From the NCBI GenBank assembly GCA_034178705.1, contig JAXFQY010000004.1, forward strand, positions 5,987 through 69,986: 64,000 bases of DNA, given 5' to 3'. Below the pieces are notes generated by a model that was not told the origin of the DNA, did no database searches, and worked only from the letters and a program-made list of their open reading frames with translations. The DNA is from Eubacteriales bacterium (lineage in GTDB: Bacteria; Bacillota; Clostridia; Oscillospirales; CAG-272). Below, in pieces: positions 1 through 9,448 of the stretch (within the stretch, counting starts at the first letter, position 1; every line of letters starts with the position of its first letter). The position numbers and the translations under genes are program-made.

Positions 1-1160
1 GCGCAGGCACTGTCGCTCTCCCAGGTTACGGAAACCTGCTCATAGCCGGCCCCTTTGGAGATCAGGCTGATTTCGGTATCCTCCGTTGCGGCAGAAATGA
101 GGTTCAGATTCTCCTTCTCAAAGGCGACCATACCCGCATTATCCTTTGCGGGAAGACTGATGTAGTTAAAGGCATTCCCATCAACCGGAGTAAGATAGAA
201 CGCGCCGTCGTAAATGCAGAGCACGCCGGTCACATCCGCAGTCCAGCCGAGGTGGCTTGCATGTCCCTCTTTGAATGCGGTCTGCTGATCCTTATCAAGC
301 GGGCAGACCGAGGAGGAAATACGAACATAGGACTCAAGATTGCCGAGCTTGAACTTGTAGTAGCCGCTGGATGCATCAGAACCGGTCACTTCCACGCCCT
401 TCACAGTGACAAGAAGCGCCTGCTCGCGAACCAGGGCAGCATCCTTCAGAGAGTCGGCGCTCTTGAACTTTTCAGTCCAGTCCGCCGGGGTAATCTCGGT
501 TTTCGCGGAATCCAGGATCTCAACCTTGGCATCGATAATTTCATAGGTTCCGCTGTAGGTGTCCTTCGTACCGGTGACGCGGATCGTCATGCCGATCTCC
601 AGCTTATCGTCGGTCACGGGATCGGTCGGCATATTGTATACGTAGTAACCGCCGTCTGCATCCTGCAGATAAAGTCCGTTCGAAGAGTTGCCCTTGGACT
701 TGGCAATGATACCGGTGACAACTCCCTTGACAACGACAGAGGTATCATCCTCGGTGGCAATATACTCTGCAAAAGTAAGCTCCTTATAGGCAGGAATCTT
801 GCGGTTGAAGGTAACGGAAACGGTCTTTCCGTTTGCGTCCTTCAGGGTAGCTGTCAGAACATACGGGATTTCGGTCGGCGTTTTTGCATTGACCTGAACG
901 GTGACCATACCGTTGTCTCCCTTTGTGATGATCACGTCATCCGAAACGGAAGAGGTCCACTCGACATCGTAGGTCACGCCGTCACGCACAACCTTTCCGA
1001 CCAGCTCGTAGTCAGAAGGAGTCGCTTCGGATTTATCCTTGTACATAGCGTACAGGTAATCCTTCGCGGCGTCGATTCCGTCCACAGTCTTCTCGCCGCA
1101 GGAAATACAGGCGACAAGGCAGAGCGACAGAAGCAGAACAAATGCGATGATCTTTTTCAT
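1..1160 (-). CDS. Lipoprotein with OB-fold-like module, C-terminus cut by window edge; last gene of ABC/nuclease operon
   Basis: Absent from the ORF track because there is no stop in the window. My reverse translation from ATG 1160-1158 reads MKKIIAFVLLLSLCLVACISCGEK... (signal peptide plus lipobox Cys) and stays open to nt 1. AAAGGG RBS about 7 nt upstream. The segment VVVKGVVTGI..LYLQDADGGYYVY..IRVTGTKDTYSGTYEI resembles OB modules of secreted nucleases (inference). Confidence 0.7.
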   Translation of the reverse strand, partial: MKKIIAFVLLLSLCLVACISCGEKTVDGIDAAKDYLYAMYKDKSEATPSDYELVGKVVRDGVTYDVEWTSSVSDDVIITKGDNGMVTVQVNAKTPTEIPYVLTATLKDANGKTVSVTFNRKIPAYKELTFAEYIATEDDTSVVVKGVVTGIIAKSKGNSSNGLYLQDADGGYYVYNMPTDPVTDDKLEIGMTIRVTGTKDTYSGTYEIIDAKVEILDSAKTEITPADWTEKFKSADSLKDAALVREQALLVTVKGVEVTGSDASSGYYKFKLGNLESYVRISSSVCPLDKDQQTAFKEGHASHLGWTADVTGVLCIYDGAFYLTPVDGNAFNYISLPAKDNAGMVAFEKENLNLISAATEDTEISLISKGAGYEQVSVTWESDSAC

Positions 1161-1175
1161 GTTTTTGCCCTTTCT

Positions 1176-2513
1176 TTAATGAGTTGTAATATCTTTTCCG
1201 GAAAACACCTTGATCTGATAGGCGCCGGAATAGATGTCGACAATGCCGCAGACGCTGATGGTTTTCCCCTTGTATGCATCCGCGGTAATCACGGCACCGG
1301 TCTCATCCCTGAGGACTGTTGTACGAACAACAACGGTTTTTCCGTCTGCCTCGCAGGTCAGAGTCATGGCGCCGTTCGAGGAACTGTCCGCGCCGGAGGT
1401 CGTATAAACATCCCGTACAAAAAGCCCGTCCATTTCAATGGAGGTAGCAAGTGCCAATTCGGCATATGCGAACTCCTTCTCCCCATCATGCGTTTCAAGG
1501 GTAACTGTGCCCTCAGTAAAGGTTGTGGGGTCTGTGCGCAGATAGTCCGGTGCATGACCGGTGCTGATCAGGCGGATGTTGGAGGGATCATCCGGTTTCA
1601 TGACACGGTAGGTAAGACCGGAAACCTGGTAGGTCCCTCCCGCCTCATAATACTGCACGGTTCCGACAATTCTGGAAAGATTCCCGACCGAGAGAATGGA
1701 AAGCCCCTCTCCCGTCAGCCCGAAACCGTAATAAACGGAAATACCGAAAAGCATTTCGGTCTCGCTGTCGTAGGACTCAATATAAATGCTGTTGCCGTCA
1801 TTTACGGTGATCACGCCCTCGAAGGCCACCTTGGAGCCGACATAGGATGCAATGTTTGACCGCAGCTCCCTCAAATCAAGCTCAATTGCCTCACCGTAAT
1901 AGAAGTCGGGGTCCTTTTCTCCGGAATAAAGATTCAGTTTTTGCTCTTTCGCCTGTGCGATAGCCGCTACACAGGTCTTTCCGTAGCGGTTATTGGCAGC
2001 CGAGGAGGCAATCGCGAGACCGTTCTGCAGAAGCTCAATATTCAGATTGCGGTACTCCTCGGACTCCGAGGTGCGATACCAGACCCACGCAAGATAGCGG
2101 GAACCCGTGGAGTCCGCTTCCCACTTTTCCGAATCCGACTCCACAATAATGGAGGAAGCAGAGGAAAGCTTATCTTTTGTAAAGCTCGAGGCTTTCTTCC
2201 CCCACTCCTCAATTTTCCCGGTGGATTCCGGCGTATTGACCGCAAGATAGCGTGCCTTGAGAACGCCTCCCGGAATCACACTGGACGGAACATAAAAGTG
2301 CGTGGTATCCCCGTCAATGAAGGTTTTCACGGTGACCTGCTGTTTGGCGGTCGCGGAGCTCATATCAAGCCGGACGGCAGCGGCATAATCGATCCTCTGC
2401 TCCGGCAGATCCACCGTCTCCTGCGGCTTCCCTCCTCCGCAGGAAGCAAGAGACAGGGACAGCAGGAGTGCCGCCAACAGGGCGGTAAAAATGCTTCGGA
2501 TTATCCTTTTCAT
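1176..2513 (-). CDS. Thermonuclease (staphylococcal nuclease, SNase fold) lipoprotein with two C-terminal OB-like modules
   Basis: ORF 1176..2576. The likely start is the internal ATG at 2513 (MKRIIRSIFTALLAALLLSLSLASCGG, lipobox). SNase pattern: VKTFIDGDTTHF..ARYLAVNTPES..WGKKAS..GSRYLAWVWY..NIELLQNGLA. Confidence 0.85.
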   Translation of the reverse strand: MKRIIRSIFTALLAALLLSLSLASCGGGKPQETVDLPEQRIDYAAAVRLDMSSATAKQQVTVKTFIDGDTTHFYVPSSVIPGGVLKARYLAVNTPESTGKIEEWGKKASSFTKDKLSSASSIIVESDSEKWEADSTGSRYLAWVWYRTSESEEYRNLNIELLQNGLAIASSAANNRYGKTCVAAIAQAKEQKLNLYSGEKDPDFYYGEAIELDLRELRSNIASYVGSKVAFEGVITVNDGNSIYIESYDSETEMLFGISVYYGFGLTGEGLSILSVGNLSRIVGTVQYYEAGGTYQVSGLTYRVMKPDDPSNIRLISTGHAPDYLRTDPTTFTEGTVTLETHDGEKEFAYAELALATSIEMDGLFVRDVYTTSGADSSSNGAMTLTCEADGKTVVVRTTVLRDETGAVITADAYKGKTISVCGIVDIYSGAYQIKVFSGKDITTH

Positions 2514-2526
2514 ATAAAATCCGGTA

Positions 2527-3936
2527 TCAGCCGTTGTATTCGCACTCGTTAATCGCGTTCTTGAAAGCATCGGCAATCATCTTGTCGACATTGCCGCCGT
2601 CATCCGCCGCAAGGCAGGCAGAGAGAAGCGAACCGACCTGGTCGCGCGCAGTAGAAGAACCGTTGAAGGCGGGCGAGGTATAATACGCCTTCTCCTGCTG
2701 CAAACAGATCTTGGCACTCAGTGCGGAAATGTACTTACCGCCGTCCGCATTGGCAAGGAAATTCTTGTAGGTTTCGTTCTGGGCAACAGACTTCAGGACC
2801 GGAACATATCCGGATGCCATCGAAAATTCCGCCTGGAACTCCACACTGGTAATCAGATACTTCACAAACAGCCAGGAAGCAACAACCTCCTGCGCATTAT
2901 CCTTTTTAAAGATACAGACGCTCGGTCCCTGTGAGATTACCTTCGGCTGCTCGGGATTGACCTGAGGAATTGTGGCAATACCAACCTCAAACGGATATTT
3001 TCCTGTTTCATCCGCTGTCGGACGCTGATGCGTTGCACCCGCCGAGGAACCGATGGACATATAGCTCTTTACACCGGTTTCCGCCGTAAAGAGGCCGGAG
3101 GTATAGGCACCGTAAAGCTTCTGCGTGGTCAGGTAACCCTTCTGATACCACTCGCGGAAGGTCTTAACAAATGCACGGTTGGTTTCGTTATCAAAAAGAT
3201 AGTGGTCTCCGGTCGCACTTGTGTAGTCAGAGCCGTACTGCTCGCACATCGTAATAAACCAGTTGCCCTCGCTGTCGTAGCCGAGAGGAATCGAATTCGG
3301 GTCGAGCTGCTTGATCTTTGCACAAAGCGTCTCCATTTCCTCCCATGTGGTCGGCACGGTGAGATTGTTGGCTTCAAAGAAGGTCTTGTTATAATAGAGA
3401 ACCTCGGTGGACTTTGAGAACGGCATCGTATACATCAGACCGTCCCCGAACTGCTTTCCTTCGTTATAATACCCTTCAATGAAATCCGCCTTCTGCTCTT
3501 CCGTGAGGCCGAGCGTTTCCTCGGTCCCATCCGCGCGCTTGACGCTAATCGTGCTGTCGATCAGATTGTCAAGTGTCGCAACGGCGCCGGCAAGGTTGTA
3601 AAGTGCAACATGATCCGGATAGCAGTAGGCGATGTTCGGCTGCCCGCCGACAGTAATCTCCGTGCTGATCTGGTTGCGGACATCATCATAGCTGCCAACC
3701 TGCTCGGAAGCGATATGGATATTCGGATAAAGCTTGTTGAACTCCTCAATGTATAGATTGAGAACATCGCTGAGGTTGGAGCCCATCGTATGGTAGAAAG
3801 TGATGGTTACATCGCTTCCGTCGTAACCGGCTTCCGGTACCTCAAAGTTCGGCGCCGCCTTTGCTTCACCGCAGGATGCAAGCATGGACAGCCCCATCGC
3901 AAGGACAAGAACAAACGCAAGAATCTTCCGTTTCAT
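2527..3936 (-). CDS. ABC transporter substrate-binding lipoprotein (family-1 / CUT1-type)
   Basis: 469-aa ORF with signal peptide and lipobox (LSMLASCGE). Size and composition are typical of family-1 extracellular solute-binding proteins. Sits between the permeases and the nuclease. Confidence 0.88.
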   Translation of the reverse strand: MKRKILAFVLVLAMGLSMLASCGEAKAAPNFEVPEAGYDGSDVTITFYHTMGSNLSDVLNLYIEEFNKLYPNIHIASEQVGSYDDVRNQISTEITVGGQPNIAYCYPDHVALYNLAGAVATLDNLIDSTISVKRADGTEETLGLTEEQKADFIEGYYNEGKQFGDGLMYTMPFSKSTEVLYYNKTFFEANNLTVPTTWEEMETLCAKIKQLDPNSIPLGYDSEGNWFITMCEQYGSDYTSATGDHYLFDNETNRAFVKTFREWYQKGYLTTQKLYGAYTSGLFTAETGVKSYMSIGSSAGATHQRPTADETGKYPFEVGIATIPQVNPEQPKVISQGPSVCIFKKDNAQEVVASWLFVKYLITSVEFQAEFSMASGYVPVLKSVAQNETYKNFLANADGGKYISALSAKICLQQEKAYYTSPAFNGSSTARDQVGSLLSACLAADDGGNVDKMIADAFKNAINECEYNG

Positions 3937-3978
3937 AATTTCCCTCCTTAAATTTATGTTTCCGGGTCTTTCGACCGT

Positions 3979-4872
3979 TCAACCTTTGATACCGCTCCTG
4001 CTTACGCCCTTCATGATATACTTGCGCAGGAAAATGAAGACGAGGAACAGGGGAGCAGATACGATGGCAACCGCTGCCATCTGTACAGGGTAATTGACAT
4101 CGCCTGTTGTATCGGTAAAGGCATTGCGCAATCCGTTTGTAATCAAGCGGTGTGCGTCGTCGTTCGCGACAAGGCGCGGCCAGATATAGGAGTTCCATGC
4201 TCCCATCATTTTCAGAATGGTAATGGAAATCAGTGTTGGAAGTGCGAGCGGAATCATAACCTTCCAGAGATATTTCAGATCACTGGTTCCGTCCACTTTT
4301 GCAGCAAGGTACAACTCATTGGGGATCTGCATGAAGTTCTGTCGCAGCAGGTAGATATAGAACACACTGACAAGGAACGGAACGATCAGAACCGTATAGG
4401 TGTTTTTCCAGCCGAATGTCGTAACGGTTCCGTAATTGGTAATGGTAAACAGCTCACCCGGAATCATCATTGTCGCAAGCAGCGCGGCAAACAGCGCATT
4501 TTTGCCTTTGAACTCCAAGCGCGCAAACGCAAAAGCCGACAGCACGGTGATAACCAGGGAAAGCACAGTGGAAACCAGTCCGACAATCATCGTATTGATA
4601 AAAAGCCGACCGAGCGTCGCCTGACTGAATGCCGTCGCATAGTTGGACCACAGTACCTGCCGCGGCCAGAAGGTCGGAACGCTCATACGGTACTCATCCA
4701 GACTTTTCAGCGAGGAGTTAATCATCCAGTAAAACGGAAACAGGACAATCAGCGCCATCGCAAGCAAAAAGGCGTACAGCAGAAACTGAACCAAAAAACG
4801 TACAATCTTCTGCTTGACCGTTTCACGGCGCAGATCTCTTTCATGCATTGTTGCTGAAGCTTCGTTTTTCAT
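3979..4872 (-). CDS. Carbohydrate-type ABC transporter permease (MalG/UgpE-like)
   Basis: 297-aa polytopic membrane ORF containing the EAA-loop region LYLAAKVDGTSDLKYLWKVMIPLALP. Confidence 0.9.
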   Translation of the reverse strand: MKNEASATMHERDLRRETVKQKIVRFLVQFLLYAFLLAMALIVLFPFYWMINSSLKSLDEYRMSVPTFWPRQVLWSNYATAFSQATLGRLFINTMIVGLVSTVLSLVITVLSAFAFARLEFKGKNALFAALLATMMIPGELFTITNYGTVTTFGWKNTYTVLIVPFLVSVFYIYLLRQNFMQIPNELYLAAKVDGTSDLKYLWKVMIPLALPTLISITILKMMGAWNSYIWPRLVANDDAHRLITNGLRNAFTDTTGDVNYPVQMAAVAIVSAPLFLVFIFLRKYIMKGVSRSGIKG

Positions 4873-4882
4873 CCGGCACCTC

Positions 4883-5827
4883 TCAATAATGCACGCGCTT
4901 CTTGCTGACCTGAAGGTTAATCAGAGTCACGACAAGAATAATCGCGAAAAGGATAAGGGCGGCGGCACTGGCACGTCCCTGCTGATTCGTAGACAGGGAG
5001 TCATAAATAAAGCCGACCATGGTATTGAGACGCCCCGCGTCATCAGCCGGTCCCATGGATTCTCCGAAAATACCGACGATGCTCGTGTATTCTTTAAAGC
5101 CGCCGATAAATCCGGTAATAATAACATAGGCAAGCATAGGGGAAAGGAGCGGAACGGTAATCCGTGTAAAAATCCGACGCCGGCTTGTTCCGTCTACTCG
5201 CGCGGCATCATAGTACTGCCGGTTGATGCTCTGAAGTCCGCCGAGCAGGATCAGGATCTTGAAGGGCAGCGCATTCCAGACAATGTAGACAATCATGACC
5301 GTCATATTTGCTGCATAGGAGGATCCGGCATTAATCCAGTTCACCGCCTTGCCGCCGAAGAATTCGATCACGTTATTGATAATACCCGCAGTAACAACGA
5401 TTTCATTTTCCGTTCCGAAAAAGCTGCCGACGATGTTGAACATCGCAGCAAATACCATGCCGATCGCAATGGAGTTTGTAACATAGGGAAGGAAAAAGAT
5501 CGTTTGCAGCAGCTTCTGCAGCGGCTTGATGGAATTCAGACAGACCGCAATGAGAAGCGCAAGAAAGGAGGAAATCAAAACCGTCGGCACGCAAAGCAGG
5601 ATCGTATTTTTCAGGCAGGAAAGAAAACGATTATACTGCGCAACCTTGACAAAATTTCCGATTCCGAAGGAGAAGGTCTGCCCGCCCACAGCCTTCAGCC
5701 CGCTGTATCCCTCGAGAAAGGCCATCCGAACCGTATTGATAATCGGCCAGACGGTAAAAACAAGCAGAAGCAGAATCGCGGGAAGCAGATAAAGCCATGC
5801 CTTCCACTGGTGTTTGCTCTCAACCAT
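4883..5827 (-). CDS. Carbohydrate-type ABC transporter permease (MalF/UgpA-like)
   Basis: 314-aa polytopic membrane ORF with EAA loop YYDAARVDGTSRRRIFTRITVPLLSP. 10-nt gap to the next permease. Confidence 0.9.
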   Translation of the reverse strand: MVESKHQWKAWLYLLPAILLLLVFTVWPIINTVRMAFLEGYSGLKAVGGQTFSFGIGNFVKVAQYNRFLSCLKNTILLCVPTVLISSFLALLIAVCLNSIKPLQKLLQTIFFLPYVTNSIAIGMVFAAMFNIVGSFFGTENEIVVTAGIINNVIEFFGGKAVNWINAGSSYAANMTVMIVYIVWNALPFKILILLGGLQSINRQYYDAARVDGTSRRRIFTRITVPLLSPMLAYVIITGFIGGFKEYTSIVGIFGESMGPADDAGRLNTMVGFIYDSLSTNQQGRASAAALILFAIILVVTLINLQVSKKRVHY

Positions 5828-5828
5828 C

Positions 5829-6932
5829 TTATTTCACCTCGAAATAAAGCCTCTCCTCCGTATCATCGGAGAACAGGAAAACCTTATGGGGCTTAAGAGC
5901 AAAACGAACGGAAGTAGAGCCCGAAGCAATCCGGTTGTCTGCATCAATAATCGAGCGCACCGTCGGATTGATGCTGTCTGTATGCTTGGATACAACGCTG
6001 ACATCGCGTCCCATCACCTCGACCCCGCTCAGCTCGCAGCAAAGCGGTCCGTCCTCTCGAAGCAGAAAACCCTCCGGTCGGATTCCGACCGTAACCTTCC
6101 GATCTCCGACATCGGGTACCTCCAGTACCGGAGCATCGCCGATATACAGCTTCCCGCCGCGAACCGTTCCGGAAAAAAGATTGATCGGAGGGGTTCCGAG
6201 AAACTTTGCAACAAAAAGGTTAACCGGGTCATCATAAACGTTCTGAGGCTTTCCGATCTGCTGGATCACGCCCTTTTTCATCACAACGATCCAGTCGGAA
6301 ATGCTCATCGCCTCCTCCTGATCATGGGTAACAAAGACGGTCGTGATCTTCGTCTCCCGCTGAATGCGGCGGATTTCCTCCCGCGTCTGCAGGCGAAGGC
6401 GAGCATCAAGGTTGGAAAGCGGTTCATCAAGCAGAAGAACGCGCGGCATCTTTACAAGTGCACGTGCAATGGCAACACGCTGCTGCTGCCCGCCTGACAA
6501 TTCGCTTGGCTTGCGGTCCATCAGATCATCGATCTGCACAAGGCGTGCCGCATAATAGGCGCGCTCCAGCATTTCCTCCTTTGTAAGCTTGTCCTCCCCC
6601 TTCAGGTTCTGCAGAGGAAAGAGAATGTTCTGCTTGACGGTCATGTGCGGATAAAGCGCGTAATTCTGGAAAACCAGTCCGACGCCGCGATTTTCCGGAG
6701 CCAACTCGGTCACATCATCCTCCCCGAAGAAAATCTTCCCCGAGGTCGGCTTCTGCAGCCCGCTGATCATATACAAAGTCGTGCTCTTGCCGCAACCGGA
6801 GGGACCGAGCAAACCGATCAGCGATCCGTCCGGAATGGTAAAGCTGAAGTCGTTGACCGCCACGACCTCTTCCTTCGACTTCTTGTTCCGGCTCGGGAAA
6901 ATTTTAGTCAGGTTTCGCAGTTCTACTTTCAT
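5829..6932 (-). CDS. ABC transporter ATP-binding protein (UgpC/MalK/MsmX-like with C-terminal TOBE-like domain)
   Basis: Walker A GPSGCGKST, signature LSGGQQQRVAIARAL, Walker B LLLDEPLSNLD. The 367-aa length implies a regulatory C-terminal domain. Confidence 0.95.
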   Translation of the reverse strand: MKVELRNLTKIFPSRNKKSKEEVVAVNDFSFTIPDGSLIGLLGPSGCGKSTTLYMISGLQKPTSGKIFFGEDDVTELAPENRGVGLVFQNYALYPHMTVKQNILFPLQNLKGEDKLTKEEMLERAYYAARLVQIDDLMDRKPSELSGGQQQRVAIARALVKMPRVLLLDEPLSNLDARLRLQTREEIRRIQRETKITTVFVTHDQEEAMSISDWIVVMKKGVIQQIGKPQNVYDDPVNLFVAKFLGTPPINLFSGTVRGGKLYIGDAPVLEVPDVGDRKVTVGIRPEGFLLREDGPLCCELSGVEVMGRDVSVVSKHTDSINPTVRSIIDADNRIASGSTSVRFALKPHKVFLFSDDTEERLYFEVK

Positions 6933-6969
6933 ACATGCACTTCCTTTATGTAAGCAGTGAATTAACAGA

Positions 6970-7743
6970 TCAGTAGGGCTCGCGTGCGGCGCGCTCTGCC
7001 GCCGCTTTCTTTTTATACTCCAGCATATCCTCGGTTGTCGGGAAGATCAGCTGACTGGAAAGATCAACGCACACAGTCCCGGCAAGCAGATCATGCAGCA
7101 GACTGTTTTCACGGGTTGCCGCCAGTAAAACGATCTGAAGCAGGAGGATCAGTCCGAGAACGATCACTCCGACGACCCCAATGGAATTGAACCAGATCAT
7201 AATACCGATCAGAACCGGGATCATCGTCTCAATGGTGTACTTGCCAAGCACAGTACGCACAAAAAGCTGCAGATTGGAAATCCGGACACCGTCAGTGCGC
7301 ATCACAGCAATTCCGAAAATCTTTTTTCCCACCGTCTGTCCGTTCCGGAAAGCCATCGGAAGGAAAAACTCCAGAACAAGATACGCGCAAAGAATTCCGA
7401 GTGAGGTAATCAGCAGGGTCAGATTCAGAACCATTCGATAGCAGTGCATCGCCTCCGCGTCCTCCAGAAGAGCACGGTAAGCGGTATCATACGCATCCCG
7501 TGCCTGCTTGTTCAGAGCGTTGTACTGCTCTTCGGTCAGATCGAAGGTCACACCGTAACGTGCTTCATAGGTACGGTAACTGTCGTCAAGACGAGCGGCA
7601 TAACTGTCATAACCGGTCGCGGCGGAAAGAAGCCATCCGAAACCGGCAGCAAGAATGGAAAGAAGAATCAGATCAAGCAGAAATGCCGAAAACCGTTTCA
7701 GCAGACTTGCTTTCTGCACATCGTAGATCATCGGCTGCCTCAC
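6970..7743 (-). CDS. RDD family membrane protein
   Basis: N-terminus KRFSAFLLDLILLSILAAGFGW plus a later RNGQTVGKKIFGI motif are typical of the RDD family. Start is GTG 7743 (GTGA overlap with the surE stop) or ATG 7731. Confidence 0.75.
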   Translation of the reverse strand: MRQPMIYDVQKASLLKRFSAFLLDLILLSILAAGFGWLLSAATGYDSYAARLDDSYRTYEARYGVTFDLTEEQYNALNKQARDAYDTAYRALLEDAEAMHCYRMVLNLTLLITSLGILCAYLVLEFFLPMAFRNGQTVGKKIFGIAVMRTDGVRISNLQLFVRTVLGKYTIETMIPVLIGIMIWFNSIGVVGVIVLGLILLLQIVLLAATRENSLLHDLLAGTVCVDLSSQLIFPTTEDMLEYKKKAAAERAAREPY

Positions 7744-8468
7744 AAGCTTTCCGGAGACCGGAAAGAATTAAAAACTGCGAAATCGGTACGGGACAGAGAC
7801 AGGGGTGTCACCGAAAGATAACCGGAGGCAATCGCCCCGGTATCAAAGGAGGGATCCTCCGTTTCGAGATAACGGCACATCCCTTCCTGCGAGTAAAGTG
7901 CCTCTCCCTTCGGAACAAAGCGATCGGTATAGCAGGTTCCTCCCTGCCGGGTCCATCGAATCCCATGGGGATCCGGGGGGATATTCACATTGAACACACG
8001 GCACCGCTCAAGCAACCGGTTGGAAACCAGAAAATCATAGGCTTCTTCAAGATGATCGGAAATTCCGTCAAGACTGTCTGACGCACCGGCAGAAAAGGCA
8101 ACAGCGGTCAGTTCCATCCGCGCTGCTTCGAAGGCGGCACCGACTGTACCGGAAAAAGCGATATCATCCCCGGCGTTATAGCCCCGGTTCACACCGGAAA
8201 GCACAAGGTCAAAGCGTAGACCGAGTCCGATAACGGCATACCGGACACAGTCAACAGGGGTTCCGTCAACCTCGTAGGCTTTTCTTCCGGAGAAAGCGTC
8301 GGACGGAAGGATCCGGATCGGCTCTCCGATTGTAATGGAATGACTTTTTCCGCTCTGCTGCCGCGCGGGAGCACAAATCACCACTTCACCGAGGCTCTCT
8401 GCCCAATCCGCAAGAGCGCGAAGTCCGGGTGCCTGAATTCCGTCATCGTTTGTGATCAGAATCTTCAT
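7740..8468 (-). CDS. surE: 5'/3'-nucleotidase SurE
   Basis: MKILITNDDGIQAPGLRAL.. and ..SGVNRGYNAGDDIAFSGTVGAAFEA are canonical SurE motifs. ATG 8468 overlaps the upstream gene's stop (ATGA). Confidence 0.9.
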   Translation of the reverse strand: MKILITNDDGIQAPGLRALADWAESLGEVVICAPARQQSGKSHSITIGEPIRILPSDAFSGRKAYEVDGTPVDCVRYAVIGLGLRFDLVLSGVNRGYNAGDDIAFSGTVGAAFEAARMELTAVAFSAGASDSLDGISDHLEEAYDFLVSNRLLERCRVFNVNIPPDPHGIRWTRQGGTCYTDRFVPKGEALYSQEGMCRYLETEDPSFDTGAIASGYLSVTPLSLSRTDFAVFNSFRSPESL

Positions 8469-9448
8469 AGCCACCCCGTGTTTGTTTCCTTATAGTTTTT
8501 CAGCTTTCGGTCCGCCTCTCTCAACAGAGCACGAACCTCCTCACGGCTGAAAACCGTCGCACCCGCCGCATTGACATGCCCCCCGCCGCGCCAATGCTCG
8601 GCGATGTCGTGTACCGGGAGAAAGCGGGAACGGAGTCTCACACGGATTTCCTCCTTTTCCTTGTTCTCAATAAAGGCAATCCAGATCAAAGAGCCACGGA
8701 TGGAATCGAGAAAAGATACTGCTGTTCCCGCCTGCTCCTGAGACAAACCGAATTGTCGCTGCATCGCATCGTCTATCAGAATATAAGCAACCCCATTTGC
8801 CGTAATCTTCATTTTCCGATAAATATATGCCTTGAATTTGAAATAATCGAAATTCTCCAGATAGAGATGAGAAAAAATCGGTTCAGGATCCACCCCGGTA
8901 TCCAGCATTTCGGCAGCAAGCCGGAGAGTATCCCCATTCACTTCGCGATAACGGAAACGCCCCGTATCCGTGACCATGCCTGTGTACAGAAAGGTTGCAG
9001 CGCGGCGGGAAAGCTTCAGCTCCTCCGGATACAGCGCGCGAAATGCAGCAACCATTTCGCAGGTGGAGGCACGGCCATCCTCCACAAGGGAAAGATCTCC
9101 GTATGGCTCGGTATCAATATGATGATCTATCTTAATGGTTTCCCTGGCAAAGCGATGCTTGGAATTTGAAATTCTGCCGAGCGTCGCTGTATCTAAAACG
9201 ATCAGCAAGGCATCTGCGTATGCCTCATCGGGAAGCTGTTCCTCCTCCTTACCGAGAAAATCCAGATATTCTGAGCTGTCTTCGTTGATGACAAAAATCT
9301 CCTTATCGGGATAGCTGTCACGAAGAATCTCGCGCAGGCCGAAAGTGGAACCGACGGCATCTCCGTCGGGACGTATATGGCGGGAAAGAATAATCCGATG
9401 ATATTGACGGATTTTCTCCAGAATCGCCTGTGTCAGTTTTTTATCCAT
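8465..9448 (-). CDS. DHH/DHHA1 phosphoesterase (NrnA-like nanoRNase/pAp phosphatase), copy 1
   Basis: Motifs RPDGDAVGS, IDHHID and GGGHVNAAGA. The internal ATG at 9448 (MDKKLTQAIL) is preferred over the ORF-track start at 9544. Confidence 0.85.
   Translation of the reverse strand: MDKKLTQAILEKIRQYHRIILSRHIRPDGDAVGSTFGLREILRDSYPDKEIFVINEDSSEYLDFLGKEEEQLPDEAYADALLIVLDTATLGRISNSKHRFARETIKIDHHIDTEPYGDLSLVEDGRASTCEMVAAFRALYPEELKLSRRAATFLYTGMVTDTGRFRYREVNGDTLRLAAEMLDTGVDPEPIFSHLYLENFDYFKFKAYIYRKMKITANGVAYILIDDAMQRQFGLSQEQAGTAVSFLDSIRGSLIWIAFIENKEKEEIRVRLRSRFLPVHDIAEHWRGGGHVNAAGATVFSREEVRALLREADRKLKNYKETNTGWL

Noticed and set aside
252-1859. 535-aa plus-strand ORF spanning two minus-strand genes
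   Set aside because: - It is antisense to the OB-like lipoprotein and the nuclease genes and crosses their intergenic gap.
- The composition is implausible.
- Both minus-strand genes have signal peptides and an RBS.
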